From assembly GCA_965240325.2 (NCBI GenBank), contig OZ251246.1, positions 682,001 to 746,000 of the forward strand: DNA of 64,000 nucleotides, read 5' to 3'. Positions 62,498-64,000 of the stretch are shown here, one piece after another. Position 1 is the stretch's first letter, and the number at the start of each line of letters is the position of its first letter. The position numbers and the translations under genes were made by a program. The stretch comes from Rebecca billardiae RCC1528. Its lineage: Eukaryota; Protista; Haptophyta. The notes below the pieces were generated by a model. It was not told where the DNA came from and made no database searches. It saw only the letters and a program-made list of their open reading frames with translations.

Positions 62498-64000
62498 ACG
62501 TCGTTAATATATATATATACATAATATATATCACAGTGCCGGAAAACTGCTCAGGGTGACGTTTTAAGTTGTCCGCACCACTAGTCGAATCATCGGACAA
62601 TTCTGAAGCGGTGCGCCTAAATTCGGCGCACCATAGGCGCGTCGAATCGTGGCACAGACCTTGGTAGCAGGCCACACCTGAGCGCGCTGCGCGCGCCGAC
62701 GCGCGCTCGGCGCGGGCAAAAAATCATGCGCCGTTGGCATTACGCAGCCCCGCGCAGCGCTGTGCTCGAGCTCGGCGGCGGCGAAAGCGGGCGGGCGCAC
62801 ACGGCGGTGCGCGTGCGCGCTGCTCCGAGCGCAGCTGCGGCCACCCCGGCGGCATACCGCCGGTCGAGGGCACGAAAACCGATTTTTCGGGAAAATGCAG
62901 AGCAGCGGCGCCCGAGCGCGCCCGAGCTCGTCGCAGCACAGTCTCCTGGTGGCTGCGCCCCGTGAAGCCACGCCACGCGGGGCGCTGGCGTGCGCGTGGC
63001 CTGCGCCCACCGTGCGCTGCCCGATCATGGCCGTCGACCGCTCCGAGCGCCTCACCACGCGTGCTCGAGCCCACCGATACTGACGCCCGAGCACGGTGCC
63101 GGCAGCGCTCGCAGGTGGGCGTCGGAGAAAACACGCCGGCCGAACGAGCTTGAAGCGTCCGCCGCGATGCCAACGGCAGCGGACGACGTGCGCGCCACCT
63201 CGGCGCCAGTCGCCCAGCCCTTGCGCGGCGGTGCGGGCTCGCTCGTTCGCCGCCATCAGCTGCGCGCGCGCAGCCCGATCACTGCCCGCTGGTTCTGTTG
63301 TCGAGCAGCTGCGGCCTGCCACGCGCACTGCCGGACATTGAGCCACAGCGCGAGCACGCGCCTCGTCTGGCACGCGCGAGCACTCAGCATCGTGCGTGGC
63401 CACCATGACGCGCCCATCTGCGCCAGCAGCGATGAGCACGCCGCCGTTCAGCTCGCATCGGGCTCGCTCGCGACGCAGCAACGCGCGGCCGTAGCGGCAG
63501 CAGCGGCGCCGTCGAGCACGCGCAGCAAACAAATATGCAGCGCGGGCGAGTCGACGGTCTGGAAAATGCGCGATCACGCCACAGCAGGCTGGCAGAGCCC
63601 GCCCGAGCTGCAGCATGCCGTAGGTGCTGCCCCAAGCTCTCGACTGCCCGTAAGCGGCGGCATGTGCGGCGGCGCCGGCGGCGGCCATGCTGCCACGCCG
63701 TTGCGCGCCGCGGGGCGCCGTCGGCACCTCCGTGGTGAAGCGCACAGAGCTCGAGCCCACGGGGGCTGGCGACCGTCAAACCGACACCCCATGACGCGGG
63801 GCTGCGTGCGCCAGCTGCGCGCACTCCGTGGGCCCACCTAGCCCGCTCGAGCAGCTCGCCTTGGGTGCGCGCAGCGGCTCGAGCACACTGGTATGGGACG
63901 CCTGCCTGCGGTGCCGCCGAGCACATGCGGCCGACGGTCACTCAGCACGGGCGACTCGACGGCGGCGAGCAGGCGCGACGGCCTCGCCGCGCCGCGGAAA

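Overview
Very GC-rich eukaryotic nuclear DNA with short GC-rich GT-AG introns, head-to-head gene pairs and long (TA)n tracts. The style resembles a haptophyte alga such as Diacronema/Pavlova; this is inference. Bases 1-38 kb are gene-dense: tandem Pro-rich membrane proteins, a degenerate ALDH, a CmcJ/NvfI-type oxygenase, PTOX, a kinase, an ankyrin protein, a methyltransferase, a kelch protein, mS38, an SK-type K+ channel and an XK-family protein. The standout gene (5424-10757, minus) is one uninterrupted ORF that fuses a putative plastid-targeting presequence, an intact DEDDh (DnaQ-like) 3'-5' exonuclease and a complete cyanobacterial-type MutS1. It is a candidate single-polypeptide organellar mismatch recognise-and-excise enzyme. 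Bases 38-53 kb are a mobile-element graveyard strung on (TA)n tracts. It holds nested Helitron2-like elements (asymmetric TIRs plus terminal hairpins), a decayed DNMT3-like cytosine methyltransferase not evident as one ORF in the track, a 5'-truncated CRE-like RLE retrotransposon, and a young foldback element with 876-bp arms and an AAGT TSD. The right end carries a permuted NlpC/P60 pseudo-enzyme and an AP2-domain transcription factor. All family calls come from recalled motifs, not database searches.
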